Below are positions 12,901-26,540 of a stretch of 64,000 nucleotides of DNA, in pieces; position 1 is the stretch's first letter; every line of letters begins with the position of its first letter. The translations under genes were made by a program, and so were the position numbers. This DNA is from Octopus bimaculoides (taxonomy: Eukaryota), in contig NC_068982.1 in assembly GCF_001194135.2 (NCBI RefSeq), positions 46,556,984 through 46,620,983 on the forward strand, in the 5' to 3' direction. The notes under the pieces are model-generated. The model was not told where the DNA came from, made no database searches, and was given only the letters and a program-made list of their open reading frames with translations.

Positions 12901-14094
12901 AAATAATAATAATGATAATTATTATTATTATTGAATTGGCAACAACAATTAAGCATTGAAGGAAATGCCTTCTAATATTTAATTATATCTTAGGAAGTAA
13001 CGTTTTTGTTTGGAAATATAATATAATACTGATAAGAGATTCTGTATCTGTCCAGTTGATCTGCTACAAATAGCAACCAAATCTCCCCTATACTATGCCC
13101 TAAAAAATGAGGTACACTTATAACTCTGTGCCTAAAGGAAAGGATTGTCTGGTTACAGCTTAAATTTCATCATACATTTTCAGAACAACAGCTGCATAAT
13201 ACCAAAGTAAAATTAAACATATGAGCCATAAACATGCATTTCAATTCTTGATGCACCCGACTGCTCTACCTCTAGTTTGGAAAGATGAGCATACTTTGAC
13301 TTATGGCTCAAAGAGCTAGGTTAAGGTTTTGAACACCAAATGTTCAATTGTTATTGTAAGCATTTTAGGTATATCTACTTAGCAGCAGTTTGTTCTGGCC
13401 CTTTGTTGTCTGGGTTCAATTCCTGCTGATAACAGTTTTGCCTTTCATCCTTCCAGGGCTGATAAAATAATGTACCAGTCAAGTAATGGAGGTGATGTGA
13501 CTGACTAACACCCTCCCTTTAAACATTGCTGCCTTATGCCAAAAGTTGAAGATTTATATGTCACCCTGTGAAATACACAATCCCAGCAATTCTTGTTTTT
13601 GTACCAAGATAACCATCGTTCCTTGTGGCCCAACAACAAAATAGGGATGGAACCATTTGTCAATTAACTGTTTTAATACTAGCATGTTTAGGCTCTCTTT
13701 AGTTCTAGGATACCAAGAACATCTGCCTTAGAATGCTATTATTTCATCCTTTAGCATTCAGATTATTCTTTGAAATGTAATGCTTATTTATTCACATTGG
13801 TATAAATTAGTCATGCCTTACTTAGTAGCTTTGAGATTTCAGTGACGTGATTGTTTATTGTTAGAATACTATTGTAGGGTAAGTGTGAAAAACCGTATCA
13901 GGCCAGTTTGAAGATATCACAGACAGATTATTTTGGCTGGATATGGCTGGTTTCAATGCTAAAGAGTTAACACTTTTAGCATTCGGATTGCTCTGTCAAT
14001 GTAATACTTATTCACTTTGTTTTTAATTAATCATGTATTATCACGTAGCCTCAAGATTTTGGTGATGTGATTGTTTAGATTTAGAATGACATGG

Positions 14095-14350
14095 CCTTCG
14101 TGCAGGTGACACGTAAAAGCACCTACTACACTCTCTGAGTGGTTGGCGTTAGCAAGGGCATCCAGCTGTAGAAACTCTGCCAAATTTAGATTGGNNNNNN
14201 NNNNAGCAAGGGCATCCAGCTGTAGAAACTCTGCCAAATTTAGATTGGAGCCTGGTGTTGCCATCCGGTTTCACCAGTCCTCAGTCAAATCGTCCAACCC
14301 ATGCTAGCATGGAAAGCGGACGTTAAACGATGATGATGATGATGATGATT
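14095..14350 (+). mobile_element. Family-C element (RTE-like 3' tail SINE) inside a piggyBac MITE
   Basis: ggttggcgttagcaagggcatccagctgtagaaactctgcc...ccaacccatgctagcatggaaagcggacgttaaac(gat)n. Further copies near 4615, 11308, 28618, 32325, 35145, 35697, 49838 and 53607. Confidence 0.75.
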
Positions 14351-14797
14351 GTTTTGATTTAATCATGCATAGTGTCATAGCTTCAAGATGTTATTGTTTA
14401 TTTTTAAAATGACATTGTGGAGTAGGTGTGAGATGCCAGGCCTGGTTAGTTTGAACATAAAACAGAATATTTGAGTCAGATGTGGCCAGTTTAAATGAGA
14501 AGATTTTTTCAAATTGTTTTGTGACATTTCTGTATGGTGTGGTGAAGTTAAGCCAAATCAGATCAGTTTCAACAAATGTTTTGTCCACAAAATATATTTG
14601 AAACCTGATAATTCTCGTACAATTAAGAACATGACTGGCGACATATTATATGATATTTGAGTGTTCATTAATTTTGCTGATTGTATTTCACTAACAGGCT
14701 CAGACATGGTTTTATGATTAAGAAGTCAGATGATGATGCAAATGAACAAATCAACATGTTTGGGCCTGATAATATAAAATATACATATGTATATACA

Positions 14798-15180
14798 CAG
14801 GCATGGCTGTGTGGTAAGAAGCTTGCTTCCCAACCACATGGTTCCGGGTTCAATCTCACTGTGTGACACCTTAGGCAAGTGTCTTCTTAGGCCAACCAAA
14901 ACCTTATATGTATATATATATGTGTGTGTGTGTATTAATGTGTATATCTTTGTCTGTGTTTGATCCCCACCCCCACCACCACCATCATTGCTTGACAACC
15001 TGTATTGGTGTGTTTGCGTCCCTGTAATTAAGCAGTTCAGCAAAAGAGACCAGCAGAATAAGTACTAGGCTTACAAAGAATAAGTCTTGGGGTTGATTTC
15101 TTTGACTGAAAATCCCTTAATGATGGCAGTCCAGCATGGCTACAGTCACATAATTGAAACAAGTAAAAGAATAAAAGAAT
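14798..15180 (+). mobile_element. Family-A tRNA-derived SINE with an internal (TA/TG)n tract
   Basis: gcatggctgtgtggtaagaagcttgcttcccaaccacatggttccgggttcaatctcac...gatagaataagtactaggcttacaaagaataagtc...acaagtaaaaga. Confidence 0.8.
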
Positions 15181-15550
15181 ATACATGTAAATAATATAGG
15201 GAAACAAAAACTGAAACTATTCGGAAAATGAAAATCATATAGTTACTTATATATTTACATGTAGTACAAAAGATACAGAAAACTAAGGGTGGAAGGCATG
15301 GTATTTCAGGTTTGACAGTTGTTTCTGGGGTCTCAGAATTATGTAATAGTTGTAATGTTGGCAGTTAGTGTGTGCAAAAAGTCAAGAATATGCAACCAGC
15401 AGTGGATGCATATAAACATTATCATAAACCTAGCCTCTGTCTTCAGGGTGGTGAGATCAGCACTTAACATCTTATATAAGTATAATTTCTAATTAATAAT
15501 TTTACCAAGTAGATCGGTATGTTAAAATAACCTTTATAGGTAAAATTATA

Positions 15551-16118
15551 CAAATATTCTATAATTATAAACTTAATTATAATTAGGGGTCAGNNNNNNN
15601 NNNATTCTATAATTATAAACTTAATTATAATTAGGGGTCAGCTAATTGCTTCACCACATACCGAATTTAGAAATAGGAGTTAAAAATTCCTTTTCTACTA
15701 CTGTAAGGATCTCTACGACAGTAACACACTTTTTTTTTACGTAGGCAAAGAGGATGAATAGTGTATTCACATTCGGCTGTGTAAATTTTGGAAGTGTTGG
15801 TTGGATATCTGTTGCACAATGTCGCTCGATCGTGTGCCTATTTAACCCTAGCACTTTCAAATTTTATAATTGGAAATGCTACACTAAAGAGAGAAGTAAG
15901 TAATTAAAACACTTTAATCTCGAAACGCGTCTGTGGCTAATCGGAGTCGTGTTGATTCATTGTCTTTCTCTTTGCCTACGTAAAAAAAAGTGTTACTGTC
16001 GTGGAGATTCTTACAGTAGTAGAAAACGAATTTTTAACTCCTATTTCTAAATTCAGTATGTGGTGACGCAATTAGCTGACCCTTAATTATAATTATGTTT
16101 ATAATTATAGAATATTTG
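15551..16118. mobile_element. TA-flanked MITE with about 165-bp terminal inverted repeats
   Basis: Left caaatattctataattataaac...ttttacgtaggcaaagag matches the reverse complement of right ctctttgcctacgtaaaa...ataattatagaatatttg. TA on both flanks; a small N gap duplicates part of the left arm. Confidence 0.8.
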
Positions 16119-16529
16119 TATATAAGTATATGTATACTTATATGTATGTTTATTTGTTGAAAGGTACATGGTTTAGTGGTCAGGATATTCGACTCACAAT
16201 CATAAATTTATGAGATTAATTCCTAATGGTATGTTGTGTCCTTCAGCAAGATACTTTACTTCATGTTGCTCTAGTCAACTCAGCTGGCAAAAATGTAATC
16301 CAATAGGGCCAGCCTTGTCATATTGTGTCACACTGAATCTCTGTGAACTACATTAAGAGTACACATGTCTGGAGTGCTCAACCACTTGCGTGTTAATTTC
16401 ATGAGCAGGTTGTTCCATAAATTGGGTCAACTGGAACCCTCGCTGTCATAACCACCAGAGTGCCGGTTATATGTATATACATGTGTGTGTGTATACATGT
16501 ATATATATATATATGCATATGTAGATATT

Positions 16530-16576
<47 letters not shown>

Positions 16577-16622
16577 NNNNNNNNNNNNNNNNNNNNNNNN
16601 NNNNNNNNNNNNNNNNNNNNNN

Positions 16623-16656
<34 letters not shown>

Positions 16657-19039
16657 ATAATGCAAATGGGTATGTGTCTGTGTGCATGATTTTCTATTTT
16701 ATGTCTCATTGAAAACTGGCTTTCCTAATGGTGATATTTGTTTGCAGTCCACAATGAAGCATGTCTGGACTAGTTCAGTAGACTCAAAGATAAATTACCT
16801 CACTTAGAAACAGTGGTCTTTGCTGACTGGAACAGTACCAGTTGTAAAAATTTGTCCCAACTTACTCTCGTCTCACTCATGCAAATATGGAAAAACAAAC
16901 ATTATAATGACGACAATAACAAAAAAAGCAATGATAAAATTTAATTAATGTTTCATAAAAAAATGTTTACTTCCAAAAAGTAGACTGCCTAATATGAAAA
17001 GTTTGGAAAGTCCTTGTTTAAATTCAAATATTATGCAAACACCACTTTAATAATAAAATTTTTTATTTATTTTACTTAATCCCTCTAGATTTGATTATTT
17101 TCCAAAATTCATTGTAAACATGGTTATGAGAGAGTGGTGCCAAATGAGTCTTATGTGTAAAATTCCATATCTGTCGTAAGATTTTAAATGATACCATGTG
17201 ACAGTCTGTCTAGTTCCTTAATATCATGCCATTGTGATAGATGCAAAAAAAAAAAAAGTGCTTAAAAGACTCTCATTAAAATATGAGAGAAAAATCTTTA
17301 TTAATATGGTAAAATTTTGATTCATTAAAACCTGTTAATGATGTTTGAATAACATCTCTTTCAGAGATGCATTTTCATGATGTGATGAAGTTTGTATATT
17401 TTTACATGTATTAATATAATGAAGCCATACTTCAGAAGACCATATGAATTTTCCTTTTAGATTCTATAAAATGCTTGATGACAACAACAACTATTTGAAT
17501 TTGTAACCTTGAGTACAATGACCCATTCTCATTTCTTTACTTTTTCTTTTCTTTGAATTTCTCTTCATAATTCTTTGCAATCACTCGGCATGTTTATTCT
17601 AAAATCTCGGCACAAACTTGTTCAGTTTTTCCATTTGAAGATTCAATTATTATCATTATTGTCTGCCCATGCACCATTAATAATTGGCTAATAACTGAAA
17701 CAGTTATCAAGAATGTTGTCCTTCTGGGAATTCACGATTTCAATTCTTCTTGAAATATTGAGAGCAATTTAGCATTGACACAAGAGTTTGTAAATTGCTT
17801 CCACGCTAAATATTGGAAAGTTTCTCAAATCTGTGAATTTTAATTATTCTTTTTCATTTTTTCTTTATTTTTGTTTTACATGGTTCCTTTTTTTTTTTTT
17901 TCTTTTTCAAAATCATTGAAATTCTCAGTTTATTAGTGATGTTAAGAAGTGCTTTTAGGTTTTCTTTCTTTTTCCAGTCTTCTCAGTTCCTCTCTTGTTT
18001 ATTTGTCTAAATTTTGAACCCTCCTTCACAATTTTGGATGGTACTTAATATTTTTTAAAGTGGTAAATATCAGGAGGATCTCTTACTGTGTAATTTCTTC
18101 AAACTAACTAGTTTATATCTTCCACCTCTGTAGCAAAGATATATATGTACTATATAATTTAGAAAGTAAAAGAAAACTGAATTAAGGCTTTAACATTTAA
18201 ACCAGTTGTATCAGGCCCCAAATTTTCTATCTGTTTTATGTTCAAACTGTCTGGCTCTGGCCTCACCTAACAATGTCATTGTAAAAATATACAATCACTT
18301 CGTTGAATCTCAAAGCTACAAGATAATGCAAGATTAATTCAAAATCAATGTGAATAAATAAGCATTATTACATTAGGAAATGATAACTTGCCTTTATTAA
18401 CCTCATCTTGCTTCTTTATCTATCTACTGTTATAGTGTAGTTGTAGTTTTTTTAGCCTCAACTTAGCCTCTATTAAGCAGGCCTATGCTCAAAGGTGTTC
18501 TAACTGTGACTAATACAAGTTTTACTTATTTTTGCATCATATAATTCATGACCATTTTGTCCAATGAACTGAACATCCACATTTTAGTGGGGATAAATGC
18601 TACCTCTTGGTGTTAATACTGCCTCAGTCACTAATAAATATTTTTTAACAAGCTCACTGGCTATGCTCAAAACTCCCCTCAAAAACTGCTGGCCCTGTGC
18701 CAAAATTTGAAACCATTATAGAGGTAATATAGTAGTGAATAATACATTGGGTTATTTGCTCATAAGGTTATAAGTTCAAATCCACTGTTGGTAAAACACT
18801 TTATTCTACGTTACAGCTCATATAACTCTGAAGGCTAGATTCTGCCAGTTTATATCAGAATGTTACTTGCTTAAGACTGGTATTTTATTCATGGTTAAGT
18901 TTATCTTTCACTCTCTTCTTACCACGAGAAAAGCACTGGCTCTTTAAGGAAAAAAATCTTTCAAAATTAAGAACATTACTTAGATTACTTAGATAAGTTT
19001 CAGCCAAAGTTGACTCGGGCCATGTCTAATTTGATACAG

Positions 19040-19515
19040 TGGAAGAGATACAGTCAGCTGTTGAGCACTATAGTTCATTCGAGAAGAGAGTTGTTGTTTT
19101 CAGAGACATATCCGGATGTGGGTGGTTTGTCTGGTGTTTGTGGGAGGTAATCATCTAGGGACTATTTGAATGCCGTGAAATTACTTTCTCCTTTATGTGG
19201 GCTGGCACGATGTTGAAGAAAGCAGGGCCAGTTAAGGTGAAATAGTTCTGTTGTAGTGTTATGATACAACATGAACATGATTTCTGTAGTGAATGGACAG
19301 CACGGGGGCCAAGCTTTGGATGAATTTTAAAGATGATACCTATATCATTTGGGCAATGTTGATGGAATATTTACCACATCATACAGATGATATAGCACTC
19401 AAGGCAGTGTTGGAGGGACAGCATTGGATACATCATTACGCTACCTTTGTATTGAATCTAGGGCAAATTTTGGTATAGCTGTTAATCCTGGTCATAACAT
19501 GGAGTCTCTAAAGTT
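19040..19515 (-). mobile_element. CR1-group LINE, 3' end of ORF2 (relic)
   Basis: Minus-strand frameshifted translation NYFTLTGPAFFNIVPAHIKEK...AFK*SLDDYLPQTPDKPPTSGYVSENNNSLLE resembles the C-terminal tail of CR1/L2-group RT proteins. Confidence 0.65.
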
Positions 19516-19897
19516 AGTAGTGTGGTAAGAAGTTTGTTTCACAAATCACATGATTTTGAGATCAATTTCTCTATGCCATACCTCATACAAGTGTCTTCTA
19601 ACATAGCTTCAGGTTGATCCACATTATGTAAGTGGAACTGGGTAATAATAATAATTTAAGAACTGAAATTTAAGGCCTGAAATTTTGGAGATGGTGGATA
19701 GTCGGTTACATCGATTCCAGTATTCAATCGGTACTTGCTTTATTAACCTCAAAAAGTTAAAAGACAAAGTAGATTTCAGTGGGATTTGAACTCAGAACAA
19801 CTGAAAGGAATACTGCTAAGCATTTCATCCAGTGTGCTAATGATTCTGCTAGCTCCATTGCTTTTATAATAATAATAATAATAATAATAGTAATAAA

Positions 19898-19934
<37 letters not shown>

Positions 19935-21374
19935 TTTTTTTTTTTTTTTATTGATGGTTTGAGAAATATTATGGTCTTTTTTTTAGAGATATTCAGGCAA
20001 CAATAGAAGTGTATTGTATAAATTGGTAATGTATTTTTGTGTGAAGTCAGAATGAATAAATCAGTTTAATAATAAAAATATAAAGCAGAAAAACAAACAA
20101 ACAAAAGAAACCAGTTAAAAGGAACGTAATGGTAAATTAGTGCCATTCAGAACTAGTCACCTCTCTCTCCTCTCTTTCTCCTCTTTCTAACCTATTCTTC
20201 TGTCTTCATTCTTCACATTACCAATTACTAGGTAGATTTCTAACCAATAAAGTGATTCTTTCATTTAGGATTTTAATATATTTCGTATTCTCCCAACATA
20301 CTATTATAAGCAATATCCGGTCTACCTTTAAGAATGAAGATATATGCATGTGTGTGTTTTGTTGTTGTCCATTTTGATTGTAGGATTGGAGCAGGGGTGG
20401 CTTTTATCTCCATTTTAGCATCAAGTATTTGTTTGCTTTTTCTGTTTCCTTTTTTTGTAATTTTTGTATTTTTGGTAAGCGCTGTTGAAAGAATTTTGAG
20501 TCTATAACTGTCAGGTTTCCTCTGAGAATTCAAATAGGGCTTTGTTTCACTTACTGTAAAATATCAATAAATATATGTGTATAATCATACACGTATAGGT
20601 GCAGGCATATTTGTGTGGTAAGATGTTGGTTTCACAACTACAAGGTTACAAGTTTAGTCCCATTTGTGTGGTACCTTGGGCAAGTGTTTTCTACTTTAGC
20701 CTCGGGCCAACCAAAGCCTTGTGAGTGGATTTGATAGACAGAAACTGAAAGAAGCAAATCATATATGTGTGTGTGTGTGTGTATGCGAGTGTGTGTTTTC
20801 TCCCTACTACCATTTGACAACATGGTGTTGGTTTGTTTATGTCCCCATTAATTAGTAGTGTGGCAAAAGAGACCAATAGAATAAGTACCAGGTTTATGGA
20901 AAAAAATAAGTACTGGGGGTGCGATTTCCTTGACTAAACCCTTCAAGGTGGTGCCCCAACATGGCCACTATGTGGCTGTGTGATTAAGAAGCTTGCTTCC
21001 TAACCATATGGTCTTGGGTTCAGGTCTCCTTGAAGATCACCTTGATAAAATCTTTTTTCTGTAACCTCTGTGCTAACTGAAACCTTGTGACTGGATTTGG
21101 CAGATGGAAACTGAAAGAATTTTGTGCATATGTGTGTATACAGATGGGCACATGATGAACCCCTATGTAAAACACAATATATACAGAATATGTATGTTAA
21201 TACAGATTGCACACATGAATGACCATAAAGAACCCCAGACTTTGCCTTTCATGCTTTCGGGGTCAATAAATTAAGTACCGGTGAAAACACAGTAGGGTTG
21301 ATGTAATTGACTCAACCTCTGCCCTTGTGGCAAAATTTGAAACCATTATTATTATTATTATTATTATTTTTCAG

Positions 21375-21439
21375 CTGATGTCCGGAATCAAAGAGCACTT
21401 AAGCTTCAGAATGCAACACCCACACCAATCAACTCACAG
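21375..21439 (+). CDS. pygo: Pygopus candidate coding exon 2 ((A)DVRNQRALKLQNATPTPINSQ)
   Basis: Acceptor ttatttttcag| at 21374 and donor CAG|gtatag at 21440. The 65 nt run phase 1 to phase 0 with no stop and bridge exon 1 to the terminal exon exactly. It ends in NSQ, like the NTQ just upstream of the NHD segment in vertebrate PYGO. Confidence 0.55.
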
Positions 21440-22507
21440 GTATAGTCATCACTTTGTTTACTTCACCTGCTTTGCCACCTTGCTTTCCTCCATCTCTGTA
21501 ATTGTATTTATCATTTCATTGCTTCTTTTCTTTGCAAAGGCTTTTTTTACTTTTTTTCATACTGTAAAAGATAGCAGCAGACTAATATATCTCTTGATTT
21601 CTTTAATTTCTACATTGTTCTCTTTCCCTTTACCAAAAATATGTATAGTTATTGAGTGATTCATTTATCATTACTTCAGCAAATAATGGTCAAAGCTGAC
21701 GAGGTCAGAATAAGACTGAAAAATGTCTGACCTCCCAGAAAATGATCATCTTCGAAATATCATCATTAAGAAAAATTACACACTGTAGAGTTTAGTACAG
21801 GATATACTCTTCCTTAAAAGAAAAATAGAAGACAGATGGTCATAGTTTGATTGCCTTTCACCATAGTTCTGCTTAATTAGGACCTACGTAGGTTTAAAGA
21901 ACAACAAAAACGGTGCTTCAAGGTGTTGCTTAATATAATGATAGTATAGTAATACACACCACCTGACTACAGGTTTAACTTCTGTTTTTGGACAATGGGA
22001 TCTCCTACTGAAAAAGAAGACAAACAGCTTTGGACATTTAAGTGCTGTAATGTCTGCTCTCATTATCTCAATAAAACTCTGATAGCCACCACTAAAATGA
22101 TTACAAGCTTGTATTGGTTCTAATAAAACAGAACAGTGAATTTATAAAATACAAAGACAATGCTCTTGGGGCTCTCAACCAGGAAATACTGGTAATGTTT
22201 CTCTCTCGGCTTTGTCAACTGTTTCAAGTTTACCTCAGCTGTCTGTGTTTGTAGTTCCCCAGCGTTAATATAAAGTAAATTACGACTAAGTAACTAGCGA
22301 GCCTCTACAGCTCAACTGACTTGCTAGAAATTGCTGCCAAATCTCCTTCAAGTTTCATCTTTCATCCTGCAAAAAAAAAAAGGAGAAATATAACACTGGA
22401 TATAGCAAATCGACCCCGGGACTTATTCTTTGTAAGCCTAGTACTTATTCTATCGAAGTGACGGGAACATAAACACACCAGCATGTTGTTAAGCAATACT
22501 AGGGGGA

Positions 22508-22553
<46 letters not shown>

Positions 22554-23596
22554 CATATATATGACGAGGTTCTTTTAAGTTCACGTCTACCAAATCCACT
22601 CACGAGGCTTTGGTCGGCTCGAGGCTATAGTAGAAGACACTTGCCCAAGATGCCGCGCAGTGGGACTGAACCCGGAACCATGTGGTTGTTAAGCAAGCTA
22701 CTTACCACACAGCCACTCCTGCACCTAGTATAGTGCATCTTAGTTATACTATATCTAATAAAAAAAATACGCATGTCTCAGTGGTTAAAGTGTTAGCCTT
22801 ACAATCATGAGGTAGTGAGTTCAATTCCTAGACTGCATTGTGCGTTGTGTTCTTGAGCAACACACTTTATTTCACTTTGCTCCAATTCACTCAGCTGTAG
22901 AAATGAGTTATGACATCACTGGTTCCAACCTTTATCAGCCTTTGCTTTTCTCTTGGATAGCATCAGTGGCATGAAGATGGGAAGCTGGTATGCATGGACG
23001 ACAGCTGGTCTTCCACAAAACAATCTTGCTCGGGCTTGTGCCTTGGAGGCTAACTTTCTAGGGGCAATCCCATGTCATTCATGACCAGAGAAGGTCTTTA
23101 CCCTTTTTTTTAATAAAGAAAAAAAAAGATGAAATACAGGATGGTCACTGTTGGAATGTCTTTCATCACACATCTACTCTATCAAAAATAACTTGTGTCT
23201 AAACAACAACAAAGATGAATAAATTACCATCCAGATACTGAAATGGATTAGATGAACTAAACTCTTGTATGGCTGTGTGGTTAAGAAGTTCTCTTTATAA
23301 CCATATAGTTTGGGTTCAATTCCATTGTGTGGCACTCAGGGTTAATATTTTCTACTTTAACCTTAAGCTGACAAATACCTTGTGAGTGTAATTTGGTAGT
23401 TGTGAACTGTACCAAAGTCTAATATTTGTGTGTGTGTGTATGTATCTGTTTGTCTCTACATGACTGCATTAACACTGCTTGAGTATCGGTGGCATGGACT
23501 TATGTCCTATATTAACAAATTTTTAACAGTTGAATGGATATTGACCCTCACTGCACATTTTATTTCTACAAGTGCAGGAGTGGCTGTGTGGTAAGA

Positions 23597-23827
23597 AGCG
23601 AGCTGGCAGAAACGTTAGCACGTCGGGCGAAATGCTTAGCGGTATTTCGTCTGCCGTTACGTTCTGAATTCAAATTCCGCCGAGGTCGACTTTGCCTTTC
23701 ATCCTTACGAGGTCGATAAATTAAGTACCAGTTACGCACTGGGGTCGATGTAATCAACTTGACCCTTCTGCCTGTCCTTGTTTGTCCCCTCAATGTTTAG
23801 CCCCTTGTGGGCAATAAAGAAATAAGT
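23597..23827 (+). mobile_element. Young family-B SINE inserted into a family-A SINE
   Basis: Near-identical to the 27827-28043 copy with CpGs largely retained. Splits the host SINE between gtaagaag and tttgtttcctaacc. Confidence 0.85.
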
Positions 23828-26120
23828 TTGTTTCCTAACCATATGGTTCTGGGTTCAGTCCCCTGTGTGGCACCTTAGGAGAGTGTTTTCTTTTATAGCC
23901 CCAGGCCAACCAAAGCCTTGTGAGTTGATATGGTAAATGGAAACTGAAAGACCATAGTGTGTGTGTGGCACCATAGGAGAGTGTTTTCTATTATAGCCCC
24001 AGGCCAACTGTAGTGTGTGTGTATATTGTTCTCAAAACCTCTTTCTGTCTTTTTCTTTTTATCTTTTATTTGTTTCAGTCATTGGATTGCAGCCATGCTG
24101 ATCCATGGCCTTGAAAGCATTAGTCAAACAAACTGACCCTCCTCCAAGTGCTTATGTCTTTTATAGCTTAGTACTTATCTTATTGATCTCCCTTTTTACC
24201 AGACCACTTAGTTACAGAGACATAAGCAAACAAAGCACCAGTTGTTGAGTGGTAGTTGGAGACAAACACAAGTATAACTCACACACACATACCATCATCA
24301 TCATCCTTTAATGTCTGATTTCCGTGCTGGCATGGGTTGGCTGGTATGACCAGTGCTGATTTTTTGGTCTGGTTTCCATAGTTGGATGCCCTTCCTAATG
24401 GCAATCGTTTTACTGTGTTTTCTAGGTACTTTCAGTGTTCCACTGGCACAATATACACACACACACACACACACACTATGGTCTTTCAGTTTCCATTTGT
24501 CACATCCACTCACAAGGCTTTGGTTGGCTTGGGGCTATAATAGAAAACACTCTCCTAAGATGTCACACAAGGAACTGAACCTGAAACCATGTGGTTAGGA
24601 AACAAACTTCTTACTTCACAACCACGTCTGCACTTGTAGAAATAAAATGTGCATACTATATCATATAAAATGTGGGGTACTTTCTGAAATTCTTCCCTAT
24701 TAAAAACAAGTTAACCCACTTTTCAGGCATTGAGTGCACATACACAGACCCAAGTATATTCAGTTCCTACATAGTGAGAGTTTAGACCAGTGGAATAAAG
24801 CCCCACACATGGAAACAAGAGTAGGCATCAGTTAGAATTTTCTTCAGGTTGAGTAGCCCATCCTGCTCAAAAGGTCCCTGAATAAAAGTTATTTAGGAAC
24901 GATGAACGAAACACCCACGTTTCAAACGGTAAATTATAAAGCCCCAAAGAATTCCTCTCCACACATGGCAATGATGCTTACCCACTACTTCTGCTCATGA
25001 TCATAGATGCACATTTTGTCAGCCACTAAGGGACATGTTCTGCTGGTTAAGATCAAGCAAATCTGTGGTATTGAACAGAATATTTGCTGTAGCTCATCTT
25101 TTACATCAAGATAAAACACATACATATTAACACTTGCAACCAGTTAATCCATGAGAGTCACTGCCTGGTACTGAATTACAGCATTGGCAGAATTGTTAGC
25201 ATGCTGCATGAAATGCTTAGTGGCATTTTTTCTCGTTGCTACGTTCTTACCACACAGTCACACTATCCTGTTTTCAGGACATTACGCCATGAATGGGTTA
25301 AGGACTAAAGTCATTATAATCAATTATAAACTTGAAAGTGGTGCCCCAGCATGACCTCAGTCCAGTGACAGAGACTAGTAAAAAGGAAGTAGGAAAATAA
25401 CTTGAGGATTTTAGAGCAGTTTTGAAAATTGCTCAAATTAATGAGATAAAGTCAAGGATGACCCCCACTTATGAATTTCCTATTTGGGACCAACCAGATT
25501 GGGTCTGCTGTTCTAGTTACTCTAGTTACTCAGGTCGATCAGTTTCCAATAGAATGGTTGTTTTAACTAGAATTTCTTGCCATGAATCCAAAGTATTCCA
25601 TCCAAGGTCATCCTGACTTTTTTAAGGTAGAAGAGTGAAGTTTGACTACTATTTCTAACAATTCAAGCTACCTTGTAGAGGCTTCTTTGCAAAACATTAC
25701 TGGCACTCCATCAATTACAGTGACAAGGTTTCCAGTTAATCCAATCAACGGAACAACCTGCTCATGAAATTAATGTGCAAGTGGCTGAGCACTTCACAGG
25801 CACATGTACCCTTAACGTAGTTCTCGGGGAGATTCAGCATGACAGAATGTGACAAGTCCGGTCTGTTGAAATACAAATACTACACATTTTTAGCAGGGGA
25901 GTGGGCTGAAGCAGTGTGAAATAAAGTGCCTTGCTCAAGGACACGTGTTGCCAGGAATTGAACTCACGACCTTACAGCTGTAAGCCGAATACCCCTAACC
26001 ACTAAGCCACATGCCTTCACTCTTGTAAGACTGTAGAGCAACTACGTCACCTATAATAGTTATAACATTTTAGAATTTACACCTTTTGGTAGATAATGAC
26101 GAAAAAGTTTCTACATGGCA

Positions 26121-26281
26121 TAGGAGTGGCTGTGTGTTAAGTAGTTTGCTTACCAACCACATGGTTCCGGGTTCAGTCCCACTGCATGGCATCTTAGGCA
26201 AGTGTCTTTTACTATAGCCTCGGGCTGACCAAAGTCTTGTTAGTGGATTTGGTAGACGGAAACTGAAAGAAGCCCGTCGTA

Positions 26282-26332
<51 letters not shown>

Positions 26333-26540
26333 TTGTGTGTCTGTGTTTGTCCCCCCAACATCGCTTGACAACCGATGCTGGTGTGTTTACATCCCTGTAA
26401 CTTAGCGGTTCGGCAAAAGAGATTGATAGAATAAGTACTAGGTTTCCAAAGAATAAGTCCTGGGGTCGATTTGCTCGACCAAAGGTGGTGCTCCAGCATG
26501 GCCACAGTCAAAAGACTGAATCAAGTAAAAGAATAAAGAG
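26121..26540 (+). mobile_element. Family-A SINE, near full length
   Basis: Complete head, body and tail. Further copies near 20600, 22368(-), 24470(-), 31190(-), 37987, 44180, 49603, 50590(-), 53400(-), 54395 and 55222(-). Confidence 0.85.

Noticed and set aside
14165-14260. Direct repeat on both sides of a 10-N gap (also at 15558-15640 and 44337-44435)
   Set aside because: Identical sequence flanking minimal N runs is a typical unmerged contig-overlap artefact.
17520-18130. Possible transposase or LINE relic on the minus strand
   Set aside because: Many stops and no diagnostic motif I could confirm.
20273-20560. Minus-strand ORF with an upstream acceptor (SETKPYLNSQRKPD...), a possible nested gene
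   Set aside because: The Lys/Thr-rich content derives from T-rich low-complexity sequence; no homology and no partner exon found.
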